A stretch of DNA of 64,000 nucleotides from an uncultured delta proteobacterium (GTDB taxonomy: Bacteria; Desulfobacterota; Desulfuromonadia; Desulfuromonadales; JACZKF01), in assembly GCA_963816395.1 (NCBI GenBank), contig CAWFKQ010000008.1, positions 96,001 through 160,000 of the forward strand, in the 5' to 3' direction. The position numbers and the translations under genes were made by a program. Under the pieces are notes generated by a model. It was given only the letters and a program-made list of their open reading frames with translations, ran no database searches and was not told where the DNA came from. Positions within the stretch are counted from its first letter, which is position 1. The number at the start of each line of letters is the position of its first letter. Below, in pieces: positions 53,441 to 64,000 of this stretch.

Positions 53441-55363
53441 GTGCAGCTAACCCACATTCTTCAGCAAATATCCCGGATGCGGCTCCTCGATCTGGCGGTT
53501 CATTTCGATCTTAACGGTCTGACGGCGAAGAAAAAGAATGATGTCATCGCCGCTTTGGTTGCCAACCCCGGTGTTGATCCTGATTCGGCTCTTGGCATTT
53601 TGAAGCGCGACGAACTGAAGGCGCTCTGTCGCGCTTTCGATTTGGACGACTCCGGCCGGGAGAAGGAAGCGCTGATTGCCCGGCTCACCGGAAAGGCACC
53701 GGAAATGGCGAAAGAGCCCGAGGCCAGACCGGCCAAGCGGGGGCGGAAAGCCAACGGAAACGGCAACGGCAAAGAGCCGCGGGAGAAGTCGCTGGAGAAC
53801 TGGATCTGGGACGCCGCCTGTTCCATCCGCGGGGCGAAGGACGCGCCGAAGTACAAGGACTACATTCTGCCGCTGATCTTCACCAAGCGCCTCTGCGACG
53901 TCTTCGACGACGAGCTGAACCGCATCGCCGCCGAGGTCGGCTCACGGGCCAAGGCCTTCCAACTGGTCAAGCTCGACTGGCACAAGGTCACGGACAAGAA
54001 GAAGGCCATGGTGCGCTTCTTTCTCCCTTTGCTTCCGGATGATCCCGAGGAGCCGGTGTGGTCGGTCATCCGCAAGCGGACCAAGAACGATCCGGCGCAG
54101 ATCGGCGAGGGGGAGCGCGTCACCAGTCACCTGCGGGCGATCGCCAAGGAGAACCCGCTGCTGCAGGGGATCATCGACCGGGTCGACTTCAACGCCACCA
54201 CCCACGGCCAGCGGGACCTCGACGATGACCGACTCTCGAACCTCATCGAGGCGATCAGCACCAAGCGGCTCGGATTGAAGGACGTGGAACCGGACATCAT
54301 CGGCAAGAGCTACGAGTACCTGATCCGCAAGTTCGCCGAAGGGGGCGGGCAGAGCGCCGGAGAGTTCTACACCCCGCAGGAAGTCGGCATGATCATGGCC
54401 AGGGTCATGGACGCCGAGCCGGGGATGGAGGTCTACGACCCCTGCTGCGGCTCGGGCGGCCTGCTCATCAAGTGCGAGATCGCCATGGAGGAGAAGATGC
54501 GCCTCCGCAGCCGCGACAAGTACGCGCCGCTCAAGCTCTACGGCCAGGAGTACATCGCCGACACCTGGGCCATGGCCAACATGAACATGATCATCCACGA
54601 CATGGAAGGGGAGATCGAGATCGGCGACACCTTCAAGAACCCCAAGTTCCGCAAAGAGCGGGCGGCTGCGCACCTTCGACCGGGTGGTCGCCAATCCCAT
54701 GTGGAACCAGGACTGGTTCACCGAGGCCGACTACGACAGTGACGAGCTCGACCGCTTTCCCCCGGGCGCCGGCTTCCCGGCAAGTCCTCCGCCGACTGGG
54801 GATGGGTGCAGCACATGCACGCCAGCATCAACGCCAACGGCCGGGCCGCCGTCGTCCTCGACACCGGCGCCGCCTCCCGGGGTTCGGGCAACGCCGGCAC
54901 CAACAAGGAGAAGAGCGTCCGGCAGTGGTTCGTCGACCACGACCTGGTCGAGAGCGTCCTCTACCTGCCGGAGAACCTCTTCTACAACACCTCGGCGCCG
55001 GGGATCGTCCTCTTTCTCAACAAGGCCAAGCCGAAGGAGCGGCAGGGGAAGGTTTTCCTGGTCAACGCCAGTAAGGTCTTCGAGAAGGGGGACCCGAAGA
55101 ACTTCATTCCTGACGATGGGATCAGCCGCATTGCCGACACCCTCACCCACTGGAAGGAAGAGGAGAAGTTCAGCCGCATCGTCGAACACGCCGAGCTGAA
55201 GAAGAACGACTACAACATCTCTCCCAGCCGCTACATTCACACGGGCGAGGCCGAGACCTACCGGCCAATTGCCGAGATCGTGGCGGAGTTGGAGGCGATC
55301 GAGGCCGAGGCGAGGGAGACGGATAGGGCGCTGAAGGAGATACTGGCGAAGATCATGGGATAA
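53441..55363 (+). CDS. hsdM: Type I restriction-modification methyltransferase subunit; two frameshifts
   Basis: LENWIWDAACSIRG, GEFYTP, YDPCCGSGG, VVANPMW, LPENLFYNT, YNISPSRYI. Confidence 0.92.
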
Positions 55364-55373
55364 GGGGGGATAC

Positions 55374-56480
55374 ATGGCGAGGGGGAAATTTCCGGTAAAA
55401 CCACCAAGTGAGATTCGTGACGCACTGCGTCCTGAATTCTACGCGTCGATTGTCGATCTCCTGCAAAAAGCCCGGTCTAAAAGCTACCGGGCCGTCAACT
55501 TCATCATGGTCGAGGCCTACTGGAATGTCGGGCGGATGATCGTCGAGGAGGAGCAGCAGGGGAAGGGGCGAGCCGACTATGGCACCTTCATCATCCGTGA
55601 CCTTTCCATGAGGTTGATGGGGGCGTTCGGCAAGGGATTTACGGAAACGAATCTCAAATACTTCAGGCAGTTCTACCTGACCTTTCCTGTATCCTCCGAT
55701 TCCGAGATTCGTCACGCACTGCGTGGCGAATTGACCTGGACGCATTATCGCGCCCTGATGCGGGTCGAGAAACCCGAAGCCCGCGAGTGGTACATGAACG
55801 AGGCCGCCGAGCAGAACTGGAGCACCCGGGCGCTGGATCGGCAGATCAACTCCCTCTACTACGAGCGGATGCTGATGAGCCGGGACAAGGCGCCGGTGAT
55901 CGATGAAATGCGGGAGAAGACCGCGCCCCTCGCGGCCGCTCCCAGGGATTTCATCAAGGACCCTTACGTGCTGGAATTCCTCGGCCTGCGGGACAACCCC
56001 GGCTTCCGCGAGGCGGAGCTGGAGACCGCCATCATCGGCAAGCTGCAGGCGTTCATGCTGGAGCTGGGCAAGGGCTTCGCCTTCGTCGCCCGCCAGCAGC
56101 GGGTCAGCACCGAGACGAAGGACTTCTTCGTCGACCTGGTCTTCTACAACTACATCCTCAAGTGCTTCGTCCTCATCGACCTGAAGTGCGGCGAGCTGAC
56201 CCACCAGGACATCGGGCAGATGGACATGTACGTGCGGCTCTACGAGGACCGGGTGAAGGGGGAGGGGGACAACCCCACCGTCGGCATAATCCTCTGCACG
56301 GAGAAGGACCATACGGTGGTGAAGTACTCGGTGCTCAGCGAAAGCCGGCAGCTCTTTGCGTCGAAGTACCGGCTCTATCTGCCGAGCGAGGAGGAGTTGC
56401 GGGCGGAGGTTGAGCGGGAGCGGGAGATGGTGGTTAGGGAGAGGATGGAGAGGTATGGAGTGAGAGACGAGGCAGTATGA
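55374..56480 (+). CDS. yhcG: DUF1016/YhcG PD-(D/E)XK nuclease-domain protein
   Basis: YWNVGRMIVEEEQ, LTWTHY, KDPYVLEFL, LELGKGFAFVARQ, VLIDLK, DIGQMDMYV. Confidence 0.92.
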   Translation: MARGKFPVKPPSEIRDALRPEFYASIVDLLQKARSKSYRAVNFIMVEAYWNVGRMIVEEEQQGKGRADYGTFIIRDLSMRLMGAFGKGFTETNLKYFRQFYLTFPVSSDSEIRHALRGELTWTHYRALMRVEKPEAREWYMNEAAEQNWSTRALDRQINSLYYERMLMSRDKAPVIDEMREKTAPLAAAPRDFIKDPYVLEFLGLRDNPGFREAELETAIIGKLQAFMLELGKGFAFVARQQRVSTETKDFFVDLVFYNYILKCFVLIDLKCGELTHQDIGQMDMYVRLYEDRVKGEGDNPTVGIILCTEKDHTVVKYSVLSESRQLFASKYRLYLPSEEELRAEVEREREMVVRERMERYGVRDEAV

Positions 56481-57890
56481 GGGCGTTGGTGACGGAAAAC
56501 TCGAGGGATATTCTCTATTGCAGAGTTCGCTGAATTACCAAATGATGGAAAGTATTCCTCTGGGATTGTTCGTAGGAAGAGAGCGATATCGAAATTGAGA
56601 TGCAGCAGTCCGTTGATTAGGTGACGATAACCTGATATCCCAATGACAGAGTGCGGGAAATTGCCAGAGACATTGGCGGACAATTCCCCGGGATTGGTTG
56701 ATCAGGGGCAGATGGCATTTCCGTAAAGGGGTTGCGGAAGGCCGCTGTGCTATCCTCCGAATGAGAACAGGTCGACGAGCTCATCCGTGACGATATGCCT
56801 GTATTATTGGGGATCATACCGATCGTGAGCTGGAGAAGTTCGAGTCAAACGCGGATGATAGACTTTTCAACCGCACAAACAGCTTTATTCTGTGGGGCGG
56901 ACGGCGAGTTTTGAAGCCGAAGGAAGATTTATTATTTGCCTCGTACCTCATCCGGCTCCAGACCGATCCGAAGATTCTTCTATCCTTTGCATTGCTTAGC
57001 CTCAACATAGGAGCCGAAGAGACCGAGCGGCGTCTGAAATCAATCGCCACTTTTCCGTTCTAAAGGAAAGAAAAATTCCTCGCCCTGAGCTTCCGGAACA
57101 ACGTAAGATCGCGCACATCCTTTCGACGGTGCAGCGGGCGATTGAAGAGCAGGAGCGGATTATTCAGACCACCACCGAGCTGAAAAAGGCCCTCATGCAA
57201 AAGCTCTTCACCGAAGGGCTCAGGGGGGAGCCGCAGAAGGAGACGGAGATTGGGTTGGTGCCGGAGAGTTGGGAGGTGGTGCGGCTCGGCGAAGTTGTCG
57301 AGCTAAAAGCCGGTGGGACGCCGAGTCGCACTAATCCTGAATTTTGGGAGGGGGGCACAATTCCTTGGGTTAAAACTGGCGAGGTTGATTATTGCGAGAT
57401 TTTCGAAACCGAGGAGAAGATTACGCCGGCTGGGTTGGCTGGCTCGTCCGCAAGATTTTTCCCTGCTGGTACTTTGCTAATGGCAATGTATGGCCAAGGA
57501 ATCACCCGCGGCAAAGTGGCCATTCTGGGCGTGGAGGCAGCGACTAACCAGGCATGCGTGGCCTTTTTCCCCCAGGATGCCATCCGCACGAAGTTTCTCT
57601 ATTACTTTTTCGAATACCATTACGAACGCATCCGCAATCTTGGACACGGAGCCAACCAGAAGAACCTCAGCGCGGAGATTCTTAAAGGTTGTTTAGTTTC
57701 CTATCCAGAAGAGCATGAGGAGCAGGATGAGATTATTTACAGCCTTGAAGCAGTGCACCGAAAGCTGCTAATTCATCTAAAAAAGCAGGAGATGCATTTT
57801 GACCTCTTCCGTACCCTCCTCCACCAAATGATGACCGCCAGTATCCGGGTCAATGAACTGGGCTTCCCAACCCTGGATGACGTGGCATGA
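56477..57890 (+). CDS. hsdS: Type I restriction-modification specificity subunit; 5' half heavily disrupted
   Basis: Intact 3' half (ELKKALMQKLFT, ETEIGLVPESWEVVRLGE, GGTPSR, IPWVKTGE). The 5' half shows only fragments such as LFNRTNS, LFASYLIRL and LPEQRKIAHIL. Confidence 0.85.
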
Positions 57891-58708
57891 GGCTGACCCG
57901 GCGGCTGCTTGCGGAAAAGCTGGCCTGGATCTCGGCGATTTCCAAGGACAAGGTGCCGCAGGACGAGACTGGGTTGAGAGCTCTATTGAACCGCATGGTT
58001 TGCGATGTGCGCGAGGTCCATGGCCTGTTGACGCAACCGCCGTCGGGCGCGGCCGAGCGGCTGGAAAAGCCGGTGAAAAACCAGGGCGCCGGCGAGCGTC
58101 TGCTGCCGGCGCACGGGGGTTACCGCAAGCTGCGCGGTTTTCAGACGGCGGAAATCGTTTACGATGCCACGGTGATTTTCTGCAACCGGTTCGTCAGCCG
58201 CCGCTCGCGGACCCATGATCAGATGGTGCAGGCGGCGCGTAGCGGACGGCAGAACATCGCCGAAGGGAGCATGGCCTCGGCCACGTCGAAGAAAACCGAG
58301 CTGAAGCTGACGAATGTTGCAAAGGCCAGCCTTGAGGAGCTTCTACTGGACTACGAGGACTTTCTGAGGCAGCAGAACCTGCGGCAATGGCAGAAAAGCG
58401 ATGCCGAGGCGCTGGCTGTCAGAAATCGGTATCGGGCGTTTCCAGAAGAGTGGTTCTCGTCTGACCGGTCGGACAGGTCTGACAAGTCAGACGAGTCGGA
58501 TCTGTCGGACAAGAGACCATTGCTCGACCCTTATGGCATCGCCACGGCATCACCGGAGGTTGCCGCCAATACGATCCTCTGCCTGATCAACCAGGCTTGT
58601 TTTCTGCTGAAGCGGCAGCTTGAGCGCCTGGAACAGAACTTCCTCACCGAGGGCGGTTTCACGGAAAGGCTGTACCGCGCTCGGAAGAAATCGCGCGAGC
58701 AGGCGTAA
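57887..58708 (+). CDS. Four-helix-bundle protein (23S rRNA IVS protein-like, with suffix domain)
   Basis: HGGYRKL, RTHDQMVQAARSGRQNIAEGS, ASLEELLLDYEDFLRQ, FLTEGGFTERLY. Confidence 0.85.
   Translation: MRLTRRLLAEKLAWISAISKDKVPQDETGLRALLNRMVCDVREVHGLLTQPPSGAAERLEKPVKNQGAGERLLPAHGGYRKLRGFQTAEIVYDATVIFCNRFVSRRSRTHDQMVQAARSGRQNIAEGSMASATSKKTELKLTNVAKASLEELLLDYEDFLRQQNLRQWQKSDAEALAVRNRYRAFPEEWFSSDRSDRSDKSDESDLSDKRPLLDPYGIATASPEVAANTILCLINQACFLLKRQLERLEQNFLTEGGFTERLYRARKKSREQA
58460..58513 (+). repeat. In-frame degenerate 9-bp tandem repeat x6 encoding (SDx)6
   Basis: TCTGACCGG TCGGACAGG TCTGACAAG TCAGACGAG TCGGATCTG TCGGACAAG. Confidence 0.85.
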
Positions 58709-58726
58709 TCCCAAGGAGGGTTGCCG

Positions 58727-61652
58727 ATGCCCACACCCGGCGAACACAAAACCGTTCAATCCCGCATCCTGCAAATACGCCCAGGAAATCGGCTGGACCT
58801 TCGTCCCCCGCGACGAAGCCGAGCAGCCGCCGCGGCTTCGACCCGGACGTGCCGCCGAAGGACCGGGCCAAGGGCGCCTCCCTCTTCTTCGACGACCTCC
58901 TCGACGCCAAAATCCGCCAGTTCAACCCCCGCTACACCGACGCCGAAGGCGCCTCCTCGGCAAGTTCCGCCATCTCCACACCGACATCTTCGGCAACCGC
59001 GAATTCGTCGACCACCTGCGCAACCGGGGCAAATACCTCGACCAGGAGGAAAACCGCGAGCGCGACCTGATCCTCATCGACTACGACAACCCCGCCAACA
59101 ACGTCTACGAAGTCACCGAGGAGTTCGCCTGTCACAACGGCCACTACGGCACCCGCGAGGATGTCGTCTTCCTCATCAACGGCATCCCGGTGCTGGTGAT
59201 CGAGTGCAAGAACGCCAGCAAGGACGAGGCGATCGCCCTCGGCGTCGACCAGATCCGCCGCTACCACGAGGAGACGCCGGAGCTGTTCGTGCCGCAGAAG
59301 CTCTTCACCGCCACCGAGGCGATCGGCTTCTCCTACGGCGTGACCTGGAACACGGTGCGGCGCAACATCTTCAACTGGAAGGATGAGGAGATCGGCAACC
59401 TGGAAGCAAGGTCAAGAGCTTCTGCGCCATCCCGCAGGTGCTCGCCTTTCTCAAGGACTTCATCGTCTTCGCCGAGAAGGACGAGGAGCTGCAGAAGTAC
59501 ATCCTGCGCCAGCACCAGACCGGGGCGGTGGAGGCGTGGTCAGCCGCGCGCTCGATCCGAAGCGCGGCGCGGGCTGGTCTGGCACACGCAGGGTAGCGGC
59601 AAGACCTTCACGATGATCAAGGCCGCGGAGATGCTGTTCAAGGCGCCCGCGGGCGGACAAGCCGACGGTGCTGCTGATGATCGACCGCAACGAGCTGGAA
59701 GACCAGATGCTCAGCAACCTGGCGGCGCTGGGGCTGGGCAATCTGGAGCACGCCAACAGCATCGCCCAGCTGAACAAGCTGCTGCGCGACGACTACCGTG
59801 GCATCATCGTCACGATGATCCACAAGTTCCGCGACATGCCGGCGGACCTCAACACCCGCTCGAACATCTACGTGCTGATCGACGAGGCCCACCGCACCAC
59901 CGGCGGCGATCTCGGCAACTTCCTCATGGCCGGGCTGCCGAACGCCAGCTATCATCGGCTTCACCGGCACGCCGGTCGACAAGACCGCCTACGGCAAGGG
60001 GACGTTCAAGACCTTCGGCTGCGAGGACGACAAGGGCTACCTGCACAAATATTCCATCGCCGAGAGCATCGAAGACGGCACCACGCTGCCGCTCTACTAC
60101 AACCTCGCGCCCAACGAGATGCTGGTGCCGCACGAGATCCTCGATAAGGAGTTCCTGTCGCTGGCCGAGACCGAGGGCGTGGCCGACATCGAGGAGCTGA
60201 ACAAGATTCTCGACCGGGCGGTGAACCTGAAGAACTTCCTGAAGGGGGAGAAGCGCATCCGCAAGGTGGCGCAGTACGTCGCCGAGCATTACCGGAAGAA
60301 CGTCGAGCCGCTCGGCTACAAGGCGTTTCTGGTCGGCGTGGACCGGGAGGCCTGCGCCCGCTACAAGGAGGCGCTCGATAAGTATCCTGCCGCCGGAGTA
60401 CTCCGAGGTCGTCTACACCGGCAACAACAACGACTCGGCGCTGCTGAAGGAGTTCCACCTCGACCCGAAGAAGGAGCGGCAGATCCGCAAGAGCTTCACC
60501 AAGCTCGACCAGCATGCCGAAGATCCTCATCGTCACCGAGAAGCTGCTCACCGGCTTCGACGCGCCGGTCCTCTACGCCATGTACCTCGACAAGCCGATG
60601 CGCGACCACACGCTGCTGCAGGCCATCGCCCGGGTGAACCGTCCTTACGAGAACGAGGCGGCGGAGATGGTGAAGCCGCACGGCTTCGTGCTCGACTTCG
60701 TCGGCATCTTCGACAAGCTGGAGAAGGCGCTGGCCTTCGACAGCGACGAGATCAACGCCATCGTCAAGGACCTGAAGCTGCTCAAGGTCCTGTTCAAGAA
60801 CAAGATGGAGGAGAAGGCGCCCGAGTACCTCGGCCTCATCGAGCGGAACTTCAACGACAAGGACGTCGACGCCCTGATCGAGCACTTCCGCGACACGGAG
60901 CGGCGCAAGGAGTTCTTCAAGGAGTACAAGGAGATCGAGATGCTCTACGAGATCATCTCGCCCGACGCCTTCCTGCGCCCGTACCTCGACGACTACACGA
61001 CCCTCTCCGCCATCTACGAGGTGGTGCGCAAGGAGTACGCCCGGCGGGTCTACGTCGACCGCGATTTCCAGCGCAAGACCAACGAACTCGTGCGGGAGAC
61101 CATCGACAGCTACGAGATCACCAGCGTGGACGAGTTCGTCGAGATCAACGCCGAGACGATCGAGCTGATCAAGAAGAAGAAAGGCGGCGACGGCCCCAAG
61201 GTGATCAACCTGGTCAAGAGCATCGCCAAAAAGGCCGAGGAGGAAAGCGGCGATCCCTTCCTGATCGCCATGGCGGAGCGGGCGAAGGCGGTCCAGGAGA
61301 GTTTCGAGAACCGCCAGACCAGCACGGCGGAAGCGTCTGGCTGAATTGCTGAAGGAAGTCGAGACAGAATGAAACACGGAAGAAGGAGCAGGCCGAAAAA
61401 GGCTTCGACGGCCTGACCTACTTCGTCTACCGCACCCTCCTGGACAACAAAGTAGAGAACGCCGAAGAAGTGAGCCGGAAGATCAGGAAGGCCTTTGTCG
61501 AGCACCCGAACTGGAAGAGGAGCGAGAGTGCCCTGCGGGAGCTGCGCCAGAAGGTCACCTTCGCCATCTTCGCCGAAACGGATGACCTCGATCAGGTCAC
61601 CACCCTAGTGGATGAGCTGTTCACCCTGCTGGAAAAAGCCGAACGGATCTGA
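58727..61652 (+). CDS. hsdR: Type I restriction endonuclease subunit R; many frameshifts
   Basis: [58 protein letters not shown]. Confidence 0.92.
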
Positions 61653-61657
61653 TCGAA

Positions 61658-61970
61658 ATGACGGCTGAGCGGAAACAGGCGTTCAAGGCCCGGGTGTACT
61701 ACTGGGCAGACAAGCTGGAGGTGCAAGTCGCCTGGCTCGGGGTGCGTGCGATGCGCAACAAGTGGGCCTCGTGCTCCACCAGCGGTAACCTGAACTTCAA
61801 CGCAGAGCTGCTTGATCTCGACCGGGAGATCTGGGATTACGTCATCGTCCACGAGCTGCTGCATTTCAGCGTGCCCAACCACGGGCGATTGTGGAAGACT
61901 CTTATGACAGTGTATCTGGGGGATTACAAGAGGCTTGAGGAGAGGCTTGAAGGGGCGGCGAGATGCAGCC
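61658..61970 (+). CDS. Small M48/YgjP (DUF45)-like zinc metalloprotein; true stop uncertain
   Basis: MRNKWASCS..GNLNFN, DYVIVHELLH, PNHG; usual position after hsdR. The ORF reads through into the next gene. Confidence 0.8.
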
Positions 61971-62006
61971 TCGATGAAACCTTCCCACCCGAAAAGGAGA
62001 TAGACC

Positions 62007-62426
62007 ATGCCCGAAAAGCTCACCGGTTCCTGCCAATGTGGCCAGGTCCGCTACCAGGTCGCGGCCGAGAAGCTGGTCGCCGCCAACTGCCACTGCAACA
62101 TCTGCAAGAAGCTCACCGGCAGCGCCTTCTCCAGTATCGTGCTCGTCGACGAGCGCGCGTTCACCCTGCTCGCTGGCGAGGAACTTCTGACCCACTACAC
62201 GGTTTCGGAGAGAGCGAGCAAGCATTTCTGCAGCCGCTGCGGCAGCCCGGTCTTTAACCGCCACACCGGTTTCCCCGGCAAGCGCCTGATCGCCCTCGGC
62301 ACCCTCGACGACCCGGCGGCGGTCACGCCGGGAGTCAACGTCTTCTGCGAGAGCATGCTGGCGTGGACCGCCGCCGTCGGCAGCTTGCCCAGCTTCGACC
62401 GCGAGCCTCCGCGCAGGGAAAAATGA
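62007..62426 (+). CDS. GFA/CENP-V family Zn-binding protein
   Basis: GSCQCGQVRY, CHCNICKK, FCSRCGSP. Confidence 0.9.
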   Translation: MPEKLTGSCQCGQVRYQVAAEKLVAANCHCNICKKLTGSAFSSIVLVDERAFTLLAGEELLTHYTVSERASKHFCSRCGSPVFNRHTGFPGKRLIALGTLDDPAAVTPGVNVFCESMLAWTAAVGSLPSFDREPPRREK

Positions 62427-62511
62427 GGGGAGGGGCGCTGAATCAGCGGCGAAGGGTCGACCTCCGGGACGGTTTCACCTCTCTGACTTTATCTCTCTCT
62501 AAGGACACCCG

Positions 62512-63061
62512 ATGGCCCTGACCGCCACCATCTTCAAAGCCAACCTGCAGATTTCCGACATCGATCGCGCAGTATTACGGCGAACACCAGCTGACCCTGG
62601 CGCGCCATCCTTCGGAAACCGACGAGCGGATGATGGTACGGCTGCTCGCCTTTGCCCTGCACGCCGATGAGAACCTGAATTTCACCCGGGGACTGTGCGC
62701 CGACGACGAACCGGATCTCTGGCAGAAGAGTTTACGCGGTGAGATCGAGCTGTGGATCGATGTCGGCCTGCCCGACGAGCGCCGGATACGCAAGGCCTGC
62801 AATCGCGCCGCCCGAGTGTATCTCTACATCTACGGCGGTCGTGCTGCCGAGCTGTGGTGGCAGCGAAACGCCGACAAGCTGCAGCGCTTTGCCAATCTCC
62901 GGGTGGTCGAGCTGCCCGAAGCGCAGAGCAAGGGACTGGCCAGCCTCGTGCAGCGCAGCATGCAGTTGCAGTGCACGGTTCAGGATGGTGAGGTATGGCT
63001 CAATTGCGGCGACCAGACCCTGAGCGTCTCACCTCTGGTCCGGAAACAGGAAAGGTATTGA
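62512..63061 (+). CDS. yaeQ: YaeQ family protein; frameshift near the 5' end
   Basis: MALTATIFKANLQISDIDR, ARHPSETDERMMVRLLAF, DDEPDLW, LWIDVGLPDERR. Confidence 0.92.
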
Positions 63062-63104
63062 ACCGCAAGTCGCAAAACAAACTCCAACCGTTGAAAGGCC
63101 AACA

Positions 63105-63530
63105 ATGACCGAATTCGACAACGCGCTGGCGATCTTCCTGCAGGACCGGAACGATCCTGAAAACCAGTCGAAATTTTACAACCTGTTTCTCAACTCCACC
63201 TTTCTCCTGCCGACGGTTGGTGAACAGACCGAAGCCGGGGAGGAGGGCTCCGGGGAGAAGGCGTATGCGGTGCCGCTGGTGGTCGAAGCGGAAGGGGGCG
63301 ATTACCTGATGCTCTTCGCCACCGAGGAGCGGCTGCGCAACTGGGCCAAGGAGGAGGTCAACTTCGTGGAGGTGCCGGGGCATGTACTCGCCGCCACCTC
63401 GACCCCGCAACTGCACTGGGCGCTGAATGTCGGCAGCGAGGAGTCGAAGCTGTTCCAGCCGGAGGAGATCGCCTGGCTCAAGGAAGTGGTCGCGCGCTGC
63501 GATGCGGACGCGGGGGAAGAGGGAGGGTGA
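63105..63530 (+). CDS. SseB-like protein
   Basis: FYNLFLNSTFLLP, YLMLFATEERLRNW, WALNVG...FQPEEIAWLK. Confidence 0.65.
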   Translation: MTEFDNALAIFLQDRNDPENQSKFYNLFLNSTFLLPTVGEQTEAGEEGSGEKAYAVPLVVEAEGGDYLMLFATEERLRNWAKEEVNFVEVPGHVLAATSTPQLHWALNVGSEESKLFQPEEIAWLKEVVARCDADAGEEGG

Positions 63531-63614
63531 GGGGAGCGCCACGGGCGGATGCGAGGATCGGTGCTACACTGGACGATATCGCGAGGAAAATTTATGCCCT
63601 CCGGATTCTTCGAG

Positions 63615-64000
63615 ATGAGCCCCGATACTGACGACCTGCAACGCGCCGCGGCGGTCCTGGAAGCGCTGGTGCCGGAGGAGCAGTGGGCCGTCTATGCTCC
63701 GGTGCTGGAGCGCGCCCGGAGGCTCGGCCTGCGCTTTGCGATCGGCGGCGGTCTGGCCTACTCCCTCTATGCCGATCGCCGGCGCAATACCAAAGATCTC
63801 GACGTATTCATTCTGGCGGAGGACCACCACCCCTTTCTCGACCTGATGGCCGAGGAAGGATTCGCCGAGTACACGGAACTCCCCTATGACCGCTCCTGGA
63901 GCTATCGCGGCCGCAAGCAGGGGTACATCCTCGACGTCCTCTGGCGGATGCTCAACAACAGGGCCACCCTCGATCCGGACTGGATGCGCCGCGGCTGGGA
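63615..64000 (+). CDS. Nucleotidyltransferase family protein (partial, runs off the window end)
   Basis: Translated by hand: FAIGGGLAYSLY...RNTKDLDVFI, a GG..A plus TxDxD polymerase-beta-like motif. Confidence 0.8.
   Translation, partial: MSPDTDDLQRAAAVLEALVPEEQWAVYAPVLERARRLGLRFAIGGGLAYSLYADRRRNTKDLDVFILAEDHHPFLDLMAEEGFAEYTELPYDRSWSYRGRKQGYILDVLWRMLNNRATLDPDWMRRGW

Noticed and set aside
61658..62426. Extended 199-aa M48 protein overlapping the GFA gene
   Set aside because: The tail is an off-frame reading of the GFA gene; a lost stop near 61960-62000 is more likely.

Overview
High-GC window that reads as a Desulfuromonas/Geobacter-type (Desulfuromonadales) chromosome; the taxonomy is inferred from gene content and order. 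Many conserved genes carry single-base frameshifts, most likely uncorrected long-read indels, so the coordinates below join the fragments. Content in order: the end of a type II secretion-like cluster (secretin, two pseudopilins); ftsEX-envC-ctpA and a polysaccharide deacetylase; a ParA-like ATPase; xseA-M23-xseB-ispA-dxs-recQ; two response regulators; bioW-F-H-C behind a BirA operator; an (AGATAGGG)9 repeat; rlmI, arsR and a DUF3108 gene; a MITE/REP element; a CBS pyrophosphatase; a complete IS with a 7-bp target duplication; an MFS transporter; glgC; yyaL; an uncharacterised four-gene operon (two Ddl-like ATP-grasp ligases, a GNAT and a KamA aminomutase); a membrane-anchored XRE regulator; sdhCAB/frdCAB; a sigma-54 two-component system with a DASS transporter; and a type I restriction-modification island with inserted genes and a scrambled hsdS 5' half. 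The best candidate for an undescribed system is the ATP-grasp x2/GNAT/KamA operon, which has a switch-like 5' leader upstream and two tandem CCCCCUCC-loop small-RNA candidates downstream. No rRNA, tRNA or CRISPR array was seen.
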